Positions 12,589 to 26,116 are shown, counted from the first letter of the stretch. The stretch is DNA of 64,000 bases from Haliotis rubra (GCF_003918875.1 NW_025765514.1:682001-746000); one strand, 5' to 3'. Made by a program: numbers and translations. The notes: generated from the letters alone by a model not told the origin.

Positions 12589-13559
12589 CATTGTGTTGAA
12601 TATGAATCCAGCAGGCGTGCAGAATACTTTGTCATCAATATTAGCGTGCAGTTACAGAATATATGATAGTGGCTAGGATGATTACACAATGCCATTTAGA
12701 AAGAGGTCAAATGCAACATATGTTATATTTGGGATTACACTTTCTCAGTAAAGTACAAATTCTAGTACAAAAATGGAAGTCGGCTAGGATGGTACGCCAT
12801 CTGTTCTGTAGATTGAAGAATATTTTAAGAAATTTTAAAAATGTCCATGTTAAGGAAAGTCTTGACAACTGATTTGACCAAACAGTTACAAACGTTATGT
12901 TATATTTGGGATCACACTTTCTCAGTCATGTTACAAACGCTAGTGCTTTCAATTACAAACGTTCTCAAGACGCTACTAGAATGAAAAGAGTCGCCGAAAC
13001 AGTACACACTAATGCCCGTATCAACGACAACGCCATCGACAAGGCATTTCTTGTTATATTTTCACGAATAATTAACATTGGTGTATACTTTCTGTTACCC
13101 TGCAATTTATTTAAAATAAAAAAACCTCATAAAGTCCAGCATCTTAACATTTGTTAAGTTAAATGTGTTCTTAACATAATATATAGAGAGACAATAGTCT
13201 GTGACGTACTATTAACTCTAATATTTATTTTGTCAGTGATTTTTAGATTGCGTTTTTTCGTCTTTTTTTCCACGTTACTGAAATATATCCTGTTCCTTTA
13301 GAGGCCTTTGAAAGACATAGCCCGTATATATTTCAAGCACATCTGTATTTGTACTTGTGACCAGAATAACCTTAAAAGAAAGAACCACGGGGTGATAAAT
13401 GAAACACTGGAAGAAACTGCAAACATCACAAGTGGAGGTAATGGAACAGTTTGTTCCTCGTGCATCTTCAGAGGATACTATTTCTTGACGGACTGGGTGT
13501 GTTTCTAGGGTCGACGTTAAGGTGACCTTGACCCTAACTCGGTTGCTACCAGTAAGACA

Positions 13560-14900
13560 GGATATGCTCTGTTGTTCCGCGGTCTTGCTCTACGTGAAAT
13601 GCCCTGTTATTACATGAACATGTTCTGTTGTCTCGCACACATGCTCTGTTGTTTCAATACATGCTGTTGTTTCAATACATGATCTGTTGTTTTGCGGACA
13701 TGCTCTGTTGTTTCGTGAACATGCTCTGTTGTTTCGCATACATGAGATGTTCTTATTTCGTGGACGTGTTCTGTTGTTTCGTGGACATGTTCTGTCGTCC
13801 CGCGGACATGCTCTGTTGTCTCGGGAGACATAAGGTCCAGCATCTTAACATTTGTTAAGTTAAATGTGTTCTTAACATAATATATAGAGAGACAATAGTC
13901 TGTGACGTACTATTAACTCTGAGATTTATTTTGTCAGTGATTTTTAGATTGCGTGTTATGTTGTTACGTGGACATGCTCTGTTGTTTCGTGGACATGCTC
14001 TGTTGTTTCGCGGACATCCTTTGTTGTCTCGCAGACATGTTCTGTTGTTTCGTGGACATGCTATGTTGTTTCGCATACATCCTCTGTTGTTTCGTGGACA
14101 TGTGTTGTTTCGATGACGTTATGTTGTTACGTGGACACGTTCTGTTGTTTCGTGGTCATGCTCTGTTGTTTTGCATACATCCTCTGTTGTTTCGTGGACA
14201 TGTTGTGTTGTTACGTTGACGTTATATGCTATTACCTGGACATGCTCTGTTGTTTCGTGGGCATGTTATGTTGTTTCGCGGACATCCTCTGTTGTTTCGC
14301 AGACATGTTCTGTTGTTTCGTGGACATGCTCTGTTGTTTCGTGGACATGCTCTGTTGTTTCGTGGACATGCTCTGTTGTTTCGCGGACATCCTTTGTTGT
14401 TTCGCAGACATGTTCTGTTGTTTCGTGGACATGCTATGTTGTTTCGTGGACATCCTTTGTTGTCTCGCAGACATGTTCTGTTGTTTCGTGGACATGCTAT
14501 GTTGTTTCGTGGACATGTGTTGTTTCGATGACGTTATGTAGTTACGTGGACACGTTCTGTTGTTTCGTGGTCATGCTCTGTTGTTTTGCATACATCCTCT
14601 GTTGTTTCGTGGACATGTTGTGTTGTTACGTTGACGTTATGCTATTACCTGGACATGCTCTGTTGTTTCGTGGGCATGTTATTTTGTTTTGCGGACATGC
14701 TCTGCTTTTTCGCGGACATGTTCTGTGGTTTCGTGGACATGGTTTGTTGTTTCGCGGACATGTTCTGTGGTTTCGTGGACATGGTTTGTTGTTTCGCGGA
14801 CATGTTCTGTGGTTTCGTGGACATGGTTTGTTGTGGACATGTTCTGTTGTTTCGTGGACATGGTTTGTTGTTTCGCGGACATACTCTGTTGTTTCGCGAA
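13560..14900. repeat. 21-bp minisatellite with higher-order structure
   Basis: Unit ggacatgctctgttgtttcgt; variant block at 14095-14270 recurs at 14510-14680; interrupted by a 126-bp copy of flanking DNA (13829-13954). Confidence 0.95.
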
Positions 14901-15669
14901 CGCCAAGTGTCATCCTTCTGAAGCAATCCACGAGTGTGATTATGTTGTTGACTTTCATTTTTATTTTATTATACATTTTCATCGTGAATCTGATTTAGGA
15001 AACGCGCGAATCTGAATATAACCTTGGCCAAAGAAGCATTCACTGATGTTTACTGGGGCCTGAAACATAAGGAACTCTTATTCGATGGTGCTGTTTTAGA
15101 TAATGGGGTCACGTTTTGGACATGAAGTTTGCTGCTCTTCGGCAAGTGTTTCCAGCCTGGTAAGGTTTTCATAACATATTAAGTTTGCGTTGAAATCCTA
15201 GAAATGTATATTTCTTTTTGCCCTGCAGCTCCTGAAATCGATTTTTTCTTCTTGAACCTTTTTCACTGTTCCATAGTGACGCGATGCCTTCCGCCAGAGA
15301 TCAGTACGATAAGGGCAACAGACAGCACATAACTTACTTCGACAGTATCTTATCCGGTGACTTGGCATTTTCTCTTGTGGCTGAGTCTTTCGTGAAAACA
15401 GTCTAATTTATCAGGTGAAATCGACATCTGTTTATTTTAATGAGCTAGATACCTTCTATGTCGTGAAATAAATGGAAAACAGCAGGAGTAAGCATGCTGA
15501 TTAGTATTATCTATCAGTTTTAAAATGTAACATGAACTCACAGTGAAGATTGAAGGTATGTACTTGTGGTTAAGTCTCCTCCAAATCTCGGTGTAATATA
15601 TCACATTGGATACTCACTGGGTTTTACACTCCTCTTCAACGTGATTTCAGTGCACGCAAAACAACACTG

Positions 15670-15742
15670 GTGAGTGAGTGAGTGAGTGAGTGAGTGTGAG
15701 TGAATGAGTGAATGAGTGAGTGAGTGAGTGAGTGAGTGAGTA
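15670..15742. repeat. (GAGT)n microsatellite
   Basis: Direct reading; same motif as the SINE tails. Confidence 0.9.
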
Positions 15743-16763
15743 AGCCAGAGAGTGAGTCTCCCACAATGAAATTGTTTGGCTGTGTTGAATCTTTGAACAT
15801 TGTTTTATAAAAATACATAAACCCGCTATGATTTGTTTGTTGTTTGTACGATGTTCTTCAGTTAATACATTATCAAATAACCAGATTATTTATACATACA
15901 TATGTATAACACAGGTTTAGACACTGGCGCTAGCCCGTAAAGATCTACTCACGATTTTGGAGAGATAATTATCTACCCAGACTGAATTAATTTCCGAGCC
16001 ATGGCGACGGACTCTCAACATTATTTCAAGAGAAGCAGGCAAACAGCAATTCCGAGTTACGAGTAGGTCGTTTGATAGACTTTTTTCTTTGATAACGGAG
16101 GTAGATGCGCCGCGAGAGACGAGCACAATCGATCTGTTATAGAACAGAGTTACATGAAACATTACTGTGAGACCATGAACAATGGGTGACGTCATCAATT
16201 TGTGACGTAACAGGGTTATGGACGTATGTGCGAACATGAGTAATATCTGAATAATTGGACACAAATTAATTCACATGAAACAGAGGTGGTAATGTTGAAT
16301 GAGAATTACTGAAACTATTGCAACAATATATTGGACTCTGTTGGTATTATTAGTCAGATTGTACCACTTGACATATAATGTATTCAGTATCCATGAAAGA
16401 TGTGTATTGTATTTAACAAATTCAGATGCATTTAATTATTTGTTTTTTAAATGTATATTCACAATTTCCAGACAACAGATCTTCGCCATGACGGTGGCGC
16501 CTATCTTAATCAATGACATCTGCATTTGCATATGATGGGTTCAGTTCCAGATTTGCAAGTTTTAACCCAAAGGAAGCATTGAGATAGCCCAGTGGTCACC
16601 GTGTTCGCTCGTAGCGCCCAAGATCCGGATATCCAGCTGGGTATAAGCCCTGCCTGTGTGACCCACGTGGTATGTTGTGAAACCTCACTCAATACCGTAT
16701 TTTCTCGATTAATGATTAAGGGTATAAACTCCTTACATGCTTTATCACCACGTTTAACAAAAC

Positions 16764-16935
16764 ATGAAGATCCGGGTTAAAATTGGTCGTAGGAGGCGAC
16801 TAACATCGTATCCTAATTTCGCAGATCGATGCCCATGTTGTTGATCACTGGATTGCTTGGTCCAGACTCGCTTATTTACAGACCGCCGCCATATAGCTGG
16901 AATATTGCTGAGTACGGCGTTAAACAACAAACAAG
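16764..16935 (+). mobile_element. SINE family B, internally deleted
   Basis: tgaagatccgggtt...ggtccagactcgcttatttacagaccgccgccatatagctggaatattgctgag. Confidence 0.85.
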
Positions 16936-19602
16936 ACGAAAATAACCCTCAAAACAAAAGAAAAACCCACGTTTTACGGAGGCATTATGGTTATTATAAT
17001 TTCCCACGATGAATTCGCTCAGATTCTGTAGTTGAAAATTTCTCTGAACTATTTTGTGTACGCATACTGAAGTCGAAACAATGCTGTGTGCGGTATGAAA
17101 CCGCAATATTTTATTTATTTGTCTACCCGACGTTTCATCGAGACCCAGATCTCATTGAATTTAGATACCTCGTACGCAGGCGTTTTATCTTGGCCCAGCG
17201 TTTCATTCAGGAAATACGGTATCTATTGAAGCTGTGTGTTTACTCCCAGAACACAAGAGAGGCATAGCTGCAGTGTAAGGCAAGGCGGTTGATGGTGAAA
17301 ACATCTACTGCACAACATCAAAGGAATAATTTAATACAACAATTTCTTAAGAATTACATGAGTAGCACAGCAACATGAGCCGAGACTCAAAGCGGGTTGA
17401 TGTAACACTCTTACAGCTAATAGTCGATATCTGATACAACGGTAGCTCATTATGAACAACCACGATGTATGTGATAGATCGAATGTCGTTATACCATCAG
17501 TTCATACGTGGCCTCAAACAAATCTCATACTTTACGTTTGTTGCAGATCTCAGTGGCAATTATGATATTGAATACTTTACACTGAACTATCTGGACTACA
17601 TGTCCATACACTATTAATACTTCACATTTTCTTGAGCACAGGACAACCCAATAAGGATGCCATGGCCAAAATGGATGTTATGACCAGGTAATAAGTTCAG
17701 TCAGCTGGAGGGACCACCGGCAGTTCAGACATCTTATGATCTTTAATTCGTTGTGGAGAACCACGTCGTTAAGAGATGTCTGAAACCTATAATGCGGGTT
17801 CGAATCTCGGATTAGGTTTCTAGGTCTGTCATCACCAAGCCGAGCTCAGGGGTTTCACCAAGATGGTTTAACTTCGGGTTTAATCGGGTTTAAAGTGTAA
17901 TCCCAAATATAACATATATATGTTAAACACAACTCAATCATCACTCATTCAGCTGATCTGATTGGATTAAAATATGCCAGCCGAATTTCAGGATTTAGCT
18001 GGCCGCCATAAGATAAATAGTTTCCTCCATGGCGAAAACCCCAAGTAACTCCTCTTACAACCAACGTTCTTCTCTATGATAGGACGAGTTTTAGTTCCTT
18101 TTTAATGGTTAAAGCTTGTTAAAACTATTAATTCAACTCCTGCTCAGCGCATGTTGTGAGATGTACAGTCTTCACACACTGTTCCGCCTGTACAGCTCGA
18201 ACAGCGTACCGTTAAGCTTGAAAAGAACATATTAATAATACACGGAGAACCAGGAAGTTCGTGAGCACAAGACGAGACAATAATATACGTTTTACAAATA
18301 TATTCTAAAGATCCTGCGCAGCATTTTTAATGCAACTACAATGTTGACTCCAAGCTGGAAATTATATAAAACTCTCGGATAATGATAAAATATAAATGTG
18401 CTTGAAACGAAGTGAGCTTCTATCTGTAGACTCTGCACACCGCCCTTAACATGGTGCACGTGTAACAGTGACGTCATTACAGAGTGGGAGAATGGATTGC
18501 TTGGATACATGTAAACATGTAAACATGGCGGCCGCCGTGATACTATCTGTGAAGACACATATTGAACGTGTAGCTCTGTTGTCGTGACGTCATCTTAACT
18601 CGTCCTGACAAGGTTTTGACGATAACTTAATGACACGTGATGCGGTTGACCAGGAAATTGCTCTATTATTGAATTACATGTTTCACGCAATCTTTGTTCT
18701 GTAATGGATTACTTGTACTTAAAGTGACGGGGATAACGAGATAATTACACGGTCATTATCTTTATAATGACGTTATAATGACGTTTACGTTTGTTGGTTC
18801 CATCGTTTGGGGTAGAACATTTACTGCCTGATACCATGATGAACTAGCCTTACTTAACTATGGTCTGTAGCATGCTTGAGTGCGTGAGTGAATGAATGTT
18901 GTTCAATGCCGCAGTCAGTGAGTGAGTGAGTGAGATAGAATTTAACGTCACCTTGGCAATAATTCAGCCATATAGTGACGAGCCGCAGTCAGTAATATTC
19001 TAGCTTTTAACCCAGGCAACGAACTGAATACAGAAACCATACCAATGGCTGAAAGACAGAGCAACGGGATATGTCCTTGGGATGACAGAGCCACACGTTG
19101 GGGCGAGGGAGTGTGTGCGTGTGTGCGCGTGTGTGTGCGTGTGCGGGTGGGTTTGAGAAGAGATGATCGCCTACTTGCTATCATATTGTTACAAGGCTGA
19201 AAACTGTCGCCGAAACTCTACCAGCTCAATGTTTAAACACAGCTAGGACACTCGTATCAAATACATCATTATCGGATAACCGTTTCTTGTTTCATCCATG
19301 TTTGATGATGGCTAAACATGGAAGTGGACTTCCTGTTGACTGACAGTTTATCAGTAACGATCGAGACAAAAATACATTGGTGTTACATCTGCATTAAACA
19401 GGATCACCCACGCCATGAAAGTTGCAGTAACCTAATAAGGTCAGCTGTGAGAATAGTTCAAATCTGTTTCAGATATTATTGTACATATGAACTTTTTACC
19501 TGCAGACATTTTTCTGCCACTGATGTATTAGTCGCCCCAAACTGGGGGATTCCAGTACAAATGTACCGCTAATTGATGATGACTCAGTCATTACTAAAAA
19601 AA

Positions 19603-19709
19603 GGTCCCGATCCACAAAGCGTTCGTAGCGCTACGACATACGTAAGCCTATGGTAAACTATAGAGTTACGACAGGTCGTAACGTTACGAACGCTTCGTGG
19701 ATCGGGACC
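19603..19709. mobile_element. 107-bp MITE related to the CWG-target family
   Basis: TIR GGTCCCGATCCAC / GTGGATCGGGACC, followed by CAG. Confidence 0.75.
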
Positions 19710-19832
19710 CAGGACTCACACACGTATCTGTGTTAACCATTATTCAGCACAATCCACCGCCTTCAACATTTGATGAGAAATTGAATTGTCTGGACCAGAC
19801 CAAAATATACACAGACTGGCATCATAAAGCTG

Positions 19833-19939
19833 GGCCCCGTTTCACAAAGCGATCGTAGCGCTAAGATGATCGTAAACCCCATATTTTAACATAGACTTAT
19901 GATTGTCGTAGCGCTACGATCGTTTTGAGGAACGGGGCT
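19833..19939. mobile_element. 107-bp Harbinger-like MITE inserted into an old SINE B tail
   Basis: About 30-bp imperfect TIRs; CTG duplicated (19830-19832, 19940-19942), splitting the SINE consensus agCTGgaatattgc. Confidence 0.85.
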
Positions 19940-22810
19940 CTGGAATATTGCTAATTGCTACAACAAACAACCACGTAATAGGTGCTGGGAGCAAAACCAA
20001 CCAAAAATATCCTCGGTCCTGTAAAGTTGCCTACGATACCATTACGACACATCATATGTACTAGAAGTCCGTTTGTCAGGAAAACCAAGCCGCGCTGTAA
20101 CAGGTTGACCCTGGTCAGTGTCGGGTCACTGTATTCCTGGACTATCTATCAGCAGGATCATTGTGTCCGTCATTATCATGTTCACTTACACGCTTGGCGG
20201 CCAAGCTACTTCCTGCCTCCTCTGGGTGTCAGATGGGGTATGATGAATTGGTCCATTACAGAAATACAATGGCTGGGTCTCACTTTCAGAGAATGGAGTG
20301 TAGAATCTTGGTGACTGATACACCCAACTACACGGACTTCATATCGTTTTACTGTATGTTGTGTGTGCTATATATGTAGACAGATTTGACCCTGGTGTTG
20401 TTTACAGCTGTCATGTGGCTACAGACACTGATATCATTGCTGGTACCGGACCTGAACTGGCTAAACCTGTTGCCAGCGTGTACAGAGATTCCATCAGAGA
20501 CTCTCCTGTCAGGGTCTGACTGATTACCTGGTTGATTCCACCCGACACTATCATCTGTAAGTCTCTGCACATGACGCACGAGTGGTCCAGATGTATGACG
20601 GGTCACGGGTTGTCTCCCCTAGTCATGCCAGAATCCGATGATTCTTATTCAAATCTAGATTCATCAACTTTCGAAACACACGTAGTTTAGTATCGTCTTA
20701 AGAAGCTGGAATTACTAACGTCACTCGGCTGTTGGATCTTATATGCAAAAGATATTAGTATTAGACTTTTATATATCTTTGGCTCTCTTGTATGAGGTAA
20801 AAATAATTTGACATATTTTGCTTTCATAAGTGGATGTTCAAAATCAGTTGAACATTACATATATCACTTAACACTCCTAGTGTTCTTGACCTTTTGATGA
20901 TGAAGAATGTATTGCCATTTCAACACTGCAAATGAACATTTAGAATTTTTTTGTCCGATTTAACGTCTTAGCATTTGAAAATGAAGCGAATCCCGTCTGC
21001 AGAAACTGGATGATTGATGGATTGTCCTCATCCATGTTAGTGCAGAGGAAGTCAATCTCCTCTCCGGGAGTTGGGCCGAAGCTTATGTTTCTCCTTGCAG
21101 TGTAGGTGCTAACTTCTCTATGTTCCTTCACAATATGCTAGCTGTCTCTTGCCTTGCTCCCCACATCCCATGGCCCTGCATGGTATTCGTCTTAAATCTT
21201 AAAACGTTCGAATTCGTGGACCTTAATCCTCAGCCATGGCATCCTGTCGAGCAGGATATTGGGAGCCTGATGATGGCGATAAGCCGGCGGACGACCCGTG
21301 GGTTGGGGCTCTGCCATCTAGATGTCGATGTGGTGCTGTACACGAGGCCCACTTGGGTTGGGGCCATCGAGGGAAACTTAAACTTAAGTCGGGATATTGC
21401 GGTGCTGTTAACACACTCGGTGTCTGATTGAAGAGCAACGCTGTTCTTACAAATCGATATATTTTGTCTGTATGACTAGTTTGCTTTAAACTTAAAAATG
21501 TTCGCGTATTTAATGTCAGATGAATATTAACTGTCAGACTAAAGAAAATATAAGCTTATGTTTCGTGGAGACTAAAAATTAATCAAACGCGAAATGGTGA
21601 GTCATAAATGTATTTGATAGTTATCATAGACTTCTGTCATCCTTACAACGTTTTAATAACGTTTGTAACTGTTGACAAATGTAGAAGAAAAGGCTCGTTT
21701 GCCATCCAACCCCTACAGGATAGAATGGACAGATTTTAAAGGGTATTTTAAATTAATTAATTTTTCAGAGTGGGCAGGTTTATTTAGCGCGTCAATATAG
21801 CCAGCAATTTCACTGATTCTGGAGCTGAACAACATTTACTTCCACGTACACAAATATGGTGTAGGAAGAAATATGTATCTCGAGTTCACCAAGATGTCAT
21901 GTAACAGATGTTCTACTCAAAACCAAAAAATAACAACAATGGAACGGGCAAACTACAAATAATAATGAACATTCAAATGAAACCAATCATTGCAACCCCC
22001 GCAGCGATATTGTTGGAATATTGCTGTAAGCGGCGTCGCTCACTTTAATTAGTTAGCCCATTACAGAACAAAGATGGCGTGAAACATTTAATTCAATAAT
22101 AGAGCAATTTCCTGGTCAACCGCGTCTCGTGTCATCAGGTTATCGACAAAACTTTGTCAGCACGAGTTAACATGACGTCACGACAACAGAGCTACACGTT
22201 CAACATGTTTCTTCACAGATAGTATCACGGCGGCCGCCATGTTTACATGTATCCCAGCAATCCATTCTGCCACTCTATAATGACGTCATTGCTACACGTG
22301 CATCATGTTAGGGGCGGTGTGCAGAGTCTACAGATACAAGCTCACTTCGTTGAAGTACATTCATATTTCATCATTATCAAATAGTTTAATGTCTAGGTTA
22401 GAGTCAACATATTTGTAACACGTATGTTGTGATCTAGTCTCTGTCGGTTATTAACATCTTCATTTCAAGCTAAACAAAAACCGCTGCAGTGAGCTGTCAA
22501 GAGCTGTAGAAGCCAACCAGCAGACTGTCAGTATACATGCCTCCATGAGAAGACCCTGGGGCTTACATGACACTTTAACGGCGCACAATGAGTTGCATTC
22601 ATAATTGATAGGTTAAGCATTGTCAGTTATTCTAAAAGGATATATATACTTTTTATAGTGGACGAGAATCTTTAGAAGATGTAGAGGAAGTGAGTTAGTG
22701 CTTCGTGCATCATGAGAGCTATTCTATAATGGCGGTCTGGTTGTACTTCGACTAACATTTAGCCGCACAAATATCTTCACCTTAAAGCACCAAATTAAGT
22801 CAAATCCCAA

Positions 22811-23038
22811 TGGTTGGTTGGTTTGTAGTATAACGCCGCTCAGTAATATTCCGGTTACATGGCGGCACTCTGTATATAATCAAATCTAGTGATCAACAGC
22901 ATGAGCATCGATCTACGCAATTGGGATACGATGACATGTATCAACCAAGTCAGCGATCCTGACCACCCGATCCCGTTAGTCGCCTCTTACGACAAGCATG
23001 GGTTGCTGAAAGCCAATTCTAACCCTGATCTTCGCGGG
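22811..23038 (-). mobile_element. SINE family B
   Basis: Reverse complement begins cccgcgaagatcagggttagaa, ends in an (AACC)n tail. Confidence 0.85.
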
Positions 23039-24577
23039 TAAATCTAACTAAACTAACAAAGCGAGCTGAGACAATCTGGACTTAATCTTGATTATGTTCT
23101 TGGTTCAGGGAGACAAACTAAAACTAAAACTGGCGTTAAGCATGTTCAGTGTTCAACGGGTTCGCTCGTCGCGTCGTAACACGGGTTGGATGCATGGAGC
23201 CCATTTCTTGTATGTCATTGCTGGAATATATGTCGCGTGTAAAACAATGCTCACTCTCAGAGACAAACATGATGGGATGGATTCAGTATATTCTCCAGGG
23301 TGTGCGTTGTTTATAACAAATTCTTGGTCAGTCAGAGTTTGACAAGTGGTCAAGGTTGTTACATAAAGATATTATAATTTTTATGTTGTTAAAATATTTC
23401 ATTGAATGAAGTTTTGTTTTATTTATATATGAACATTCTGTATAAATTCATGTGGTATTTCCAATCCAGTTAGCCCAGCTGACAGAGTTGGTTAACCCAA
23501 GTGTGAACAGTATTCCAGTTACAATCACGGCATGACAACTTATATAGGAAGAAATCCGAAGTAATGCATGTCCTCGGCGTACACCACTTACGAAACCAGT
23601 TTGAAACACAATAAGCCCGGGTATGGTGCTGACAAATCTAGAAACATAATCGGTGCGAACCGAGATTCGAACCCATATCTTAGGTTCCAGGTGTGCCGAA
23701 GGGACGCAACTCTGAACGGCAAATTGAAGCCGACTTAGATGACTGGGTCATTTGTTCTCCCTTCCAGCTGAATGGACCTACGTCATGACCCTCATTTCAC
23801 GGGAGGTCGGGGCGTTTTGTGTTCAAGACCATGCTGCATGTGATATGTTACTTATGGGCCTGGATATAACAGCAGCAAAAGTTCTATTTGCAATGAATAC
23901 AGCGTTATCCGAAATATTTTCACGTTTGTCCATTACCTGAGAGGCATTTAGTACGGACTTAACAGTAGCCATAACAAGTTCAATGAAAAGAATTCCGTAT
24001 TACGCGTGCCACTTGGAACTGAGACCTGCAAAACATTAAGTTTGGGATCTTAATCAAGCCATGTATTTTGGTGTTAAAATTACCACTCGTACGACATTCG
24101 ATCTATCATGTAAACAGAATTGAGGAAGTGGTCTCGAGGCTCTGATATCGACTATTTGCTGTAAGAGTGTTACATAAACCGCTTTTAGACTTAGAGAAAG
24201 GCTCATGTTTGAATGCTACTGCATGTAATTCTTAACAAACTGTTGTATTTAATTCTTCCTTTGATGTTTTGTAGTAGTAGATGTGTTTGTCGTGCCTTGC
24301 GAAACATTGGGGCTTCGCCTCTCTTTTATTCTAATAGTAAACATACGGCTCAAGGACACACCGTATTTCCTCGTTGAAACGATAGCACGCGCCTGGACTG
24401 GATGAAACGCCGGTAGTTACATACAAAGGAATGAAATATGTGCATATACAACACATTGTCCCCGCTACACTGAAGCATTTAGGGAACATTTGAACCAAAT
24501 AGGGGTCTGAAGGAACCATAAACATAATAATGACAAAAACCGGGCCCCGAGCTCAGTTAAATAGAGGAAATACAATA

Positions 24578-24727
24578 GTGAGTGTGGTTTGGCAACGTCC
24601 TATGTCATTTTAGCGATGTGGGACGCAAAGGTTGATGAGATTCCAACATGCATCCATGTGGAGACTCGAAACTGGTACTTCGGCGTGACGAGCGAACACT
24701 CCAACCACGGGGCTACCTCACCACCCC
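24578..24727 (-). mobile_element. Old SINE family A copy, mirrored at about 16578-16690 (+)
   Basis: Degenerate A-box/B-box head at the equivalent position in both arms of the inversion. Confidence 0.6.
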
Positions 24728-25524
24728 ACTTCACACTTAAGGTCAAAACAGAAGCGTAAATGGTTTGATGTGCGAACTAGACGTGGAACTTGATTTGTAA
24801 AACCCAAATATTTGAAAAACACAGCAACTTGTGATATCTCAAATAGGAATCTTTCATGGATAATGATTGTAACGTATAGAGAGCGGTAAGGTTTGGCGTA
24901 AGTTCTCCAGAGGGACAAAGATACCGTTGCAATTAGCTTCAGTAATTCTTATTGGACATTGTAACCATTGCCTCACGTGGAACGGTTTCCAAATAGGTCA
25001 ATGTTACGTCAGTCATATAAACGGATTGTCGTAAATGATTATCGATGACGTCACTCATTGTTCGTGGCCTCACAATCCGTTTTAAGCAGCATTGTTACGG
25101 TAAAACTGGATCACATGAGCTCATGTCTTCAACGGTGCTCCAGAACCAATCCTCTCTTCGATATGTCAGAAAAAGGCCATGTCTTATATCACAACTAGTA
25201 ACTGGGAATTGCGGATTATCTCCCCTTCCTGAATAATGAAGAAAGTTGCCAAGGTCGTGAAATTAATTCAGTCAGGGTACAAAATTATTTCCCTAAGCTC
25301 GTGAGTGTTTTTTTACAGATTAACGCCAGTGTTTAATTAAGCCTGTATCATAGGCATCAGACAAGTGAGTATTTAATACTATTTTCACAACACATGACCA
25401 GCTTACAATGCACAAATCCCACTTTCTTGTCTATTCACAATGTTCAATGTTTTCACAGTCAAATGATCGTCATGGGGGAAAGCTCTATCACCCAATGACT
25501 CACTCACGAATCACTTTCTCAATA

Positions 25525-25690
25525 GGGGCGGTGGGGTAGCCCAGCGGTTAAGGCGTTCGTTCGTCGCGCCGAAGACTCGGGTTCGATTCCCCACATGAGT
25601 ACAATGTGTGTAGCCCATTTCTGGTGTTCCCCGCCGTAATATTGCTGGAATATTGCTGAAGGCGGCGCAAAACTAAACTCACTCACTCAC
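25525..25690 (+). mobile_element. SINE family A, full length
   Basis: tRNA-like head, (TCAC)n tail, TSD tcactttctcaatag. Confidence 0.95.
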
Positions 25691-25764
25691 TTTCTCAATA
25701 GCTCACCACCTAACCAACCTACTTACTAACCCACTCATTTTACAATCACACGTAACACTTATAG

Positions 25765-26116
25765 GTGAGGTGAAATTGGGTTTTAACGTCGTGCTTGAGA
25801 ATATTTCGCTCATATGACGACGTGCATGCGTGTGTATGTGTATGTGCGGCTGCTTGTACTAGCCCAGACTGAAGCTGGTTTTATAGTGCTAGCCCACTGA
25901 GATACCATGCCGCAGTGAAGCATGAATACCCCACTCAGACACATTATACTGACTCCGAGCCGACCAGTCCTTGTTGTACCCATTAATGCCGAGCGCCAGG
26001 CAGGGACCAACAAGTACCATATTTTAACGTCTTTTGGTATGACGCGGTCGGGGATCGAACCCTCGACCTTCCGCTCTCCGGGTCGGCGCTCTAACCACTA
26101 CACCACGGAGGCGGTC
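25765..26116 (-). mobile_element. tRNA-derived SINE with a Meta-type central domain (family C)
   Basis: Minus-strand head gtggtgtagtggttagagcg...ggttcgatcccc, then gtcataccaaaagacgttaaaatatggtac...cctgcctggcgctcggcattaa, resembling the MetaSINE domain as I recall it. Confidence 0.75.

Larger units (their letters stand above)
13128..19000 (+). repeat. Left arm of an old inverted segmental duplication (partner 21790-27180)
   Basis: Collinear reverse-complement matches: 13276-13480/26833-27035, 15295-15385/26226-26328, 15917-16200/25040-25335, 17200-17490/24090-24380, 17775-17825/23637-23692, 18375-18708/22057-22380, 18790-18850/21880-21950. Confidence 0.9.

Noticed and set aside
13309-13330. 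miR-71-like TGAAAGACAT in the conserved island
   Set aside because: Only the first 10 nt match and there is no pre-miRNA-length hairpin.
13610-15015. Many overlapping Cys-rich or Gln-rich ORFs (metallothionein-like look)
   Set aside because: Artefact of a 21-bp (multiple of 3) minisatellite open in several frames on both strands.
15917-16264. 115-aa ORF with apparent paralogue at 25045-25236 (MTSPIVHGLT / MTSLIVRGLT)
   Set aside because: The similarity simply reflects DNA homology of the palindrome arms; the middle does not align as protein and the stops differ.
25525-25600. tRNA genes in the family A and C heads
   Set aside because: A and B boxes are present but there is no proper acceptor stem, and each continues into a SINE body and tail, often with TSDs.
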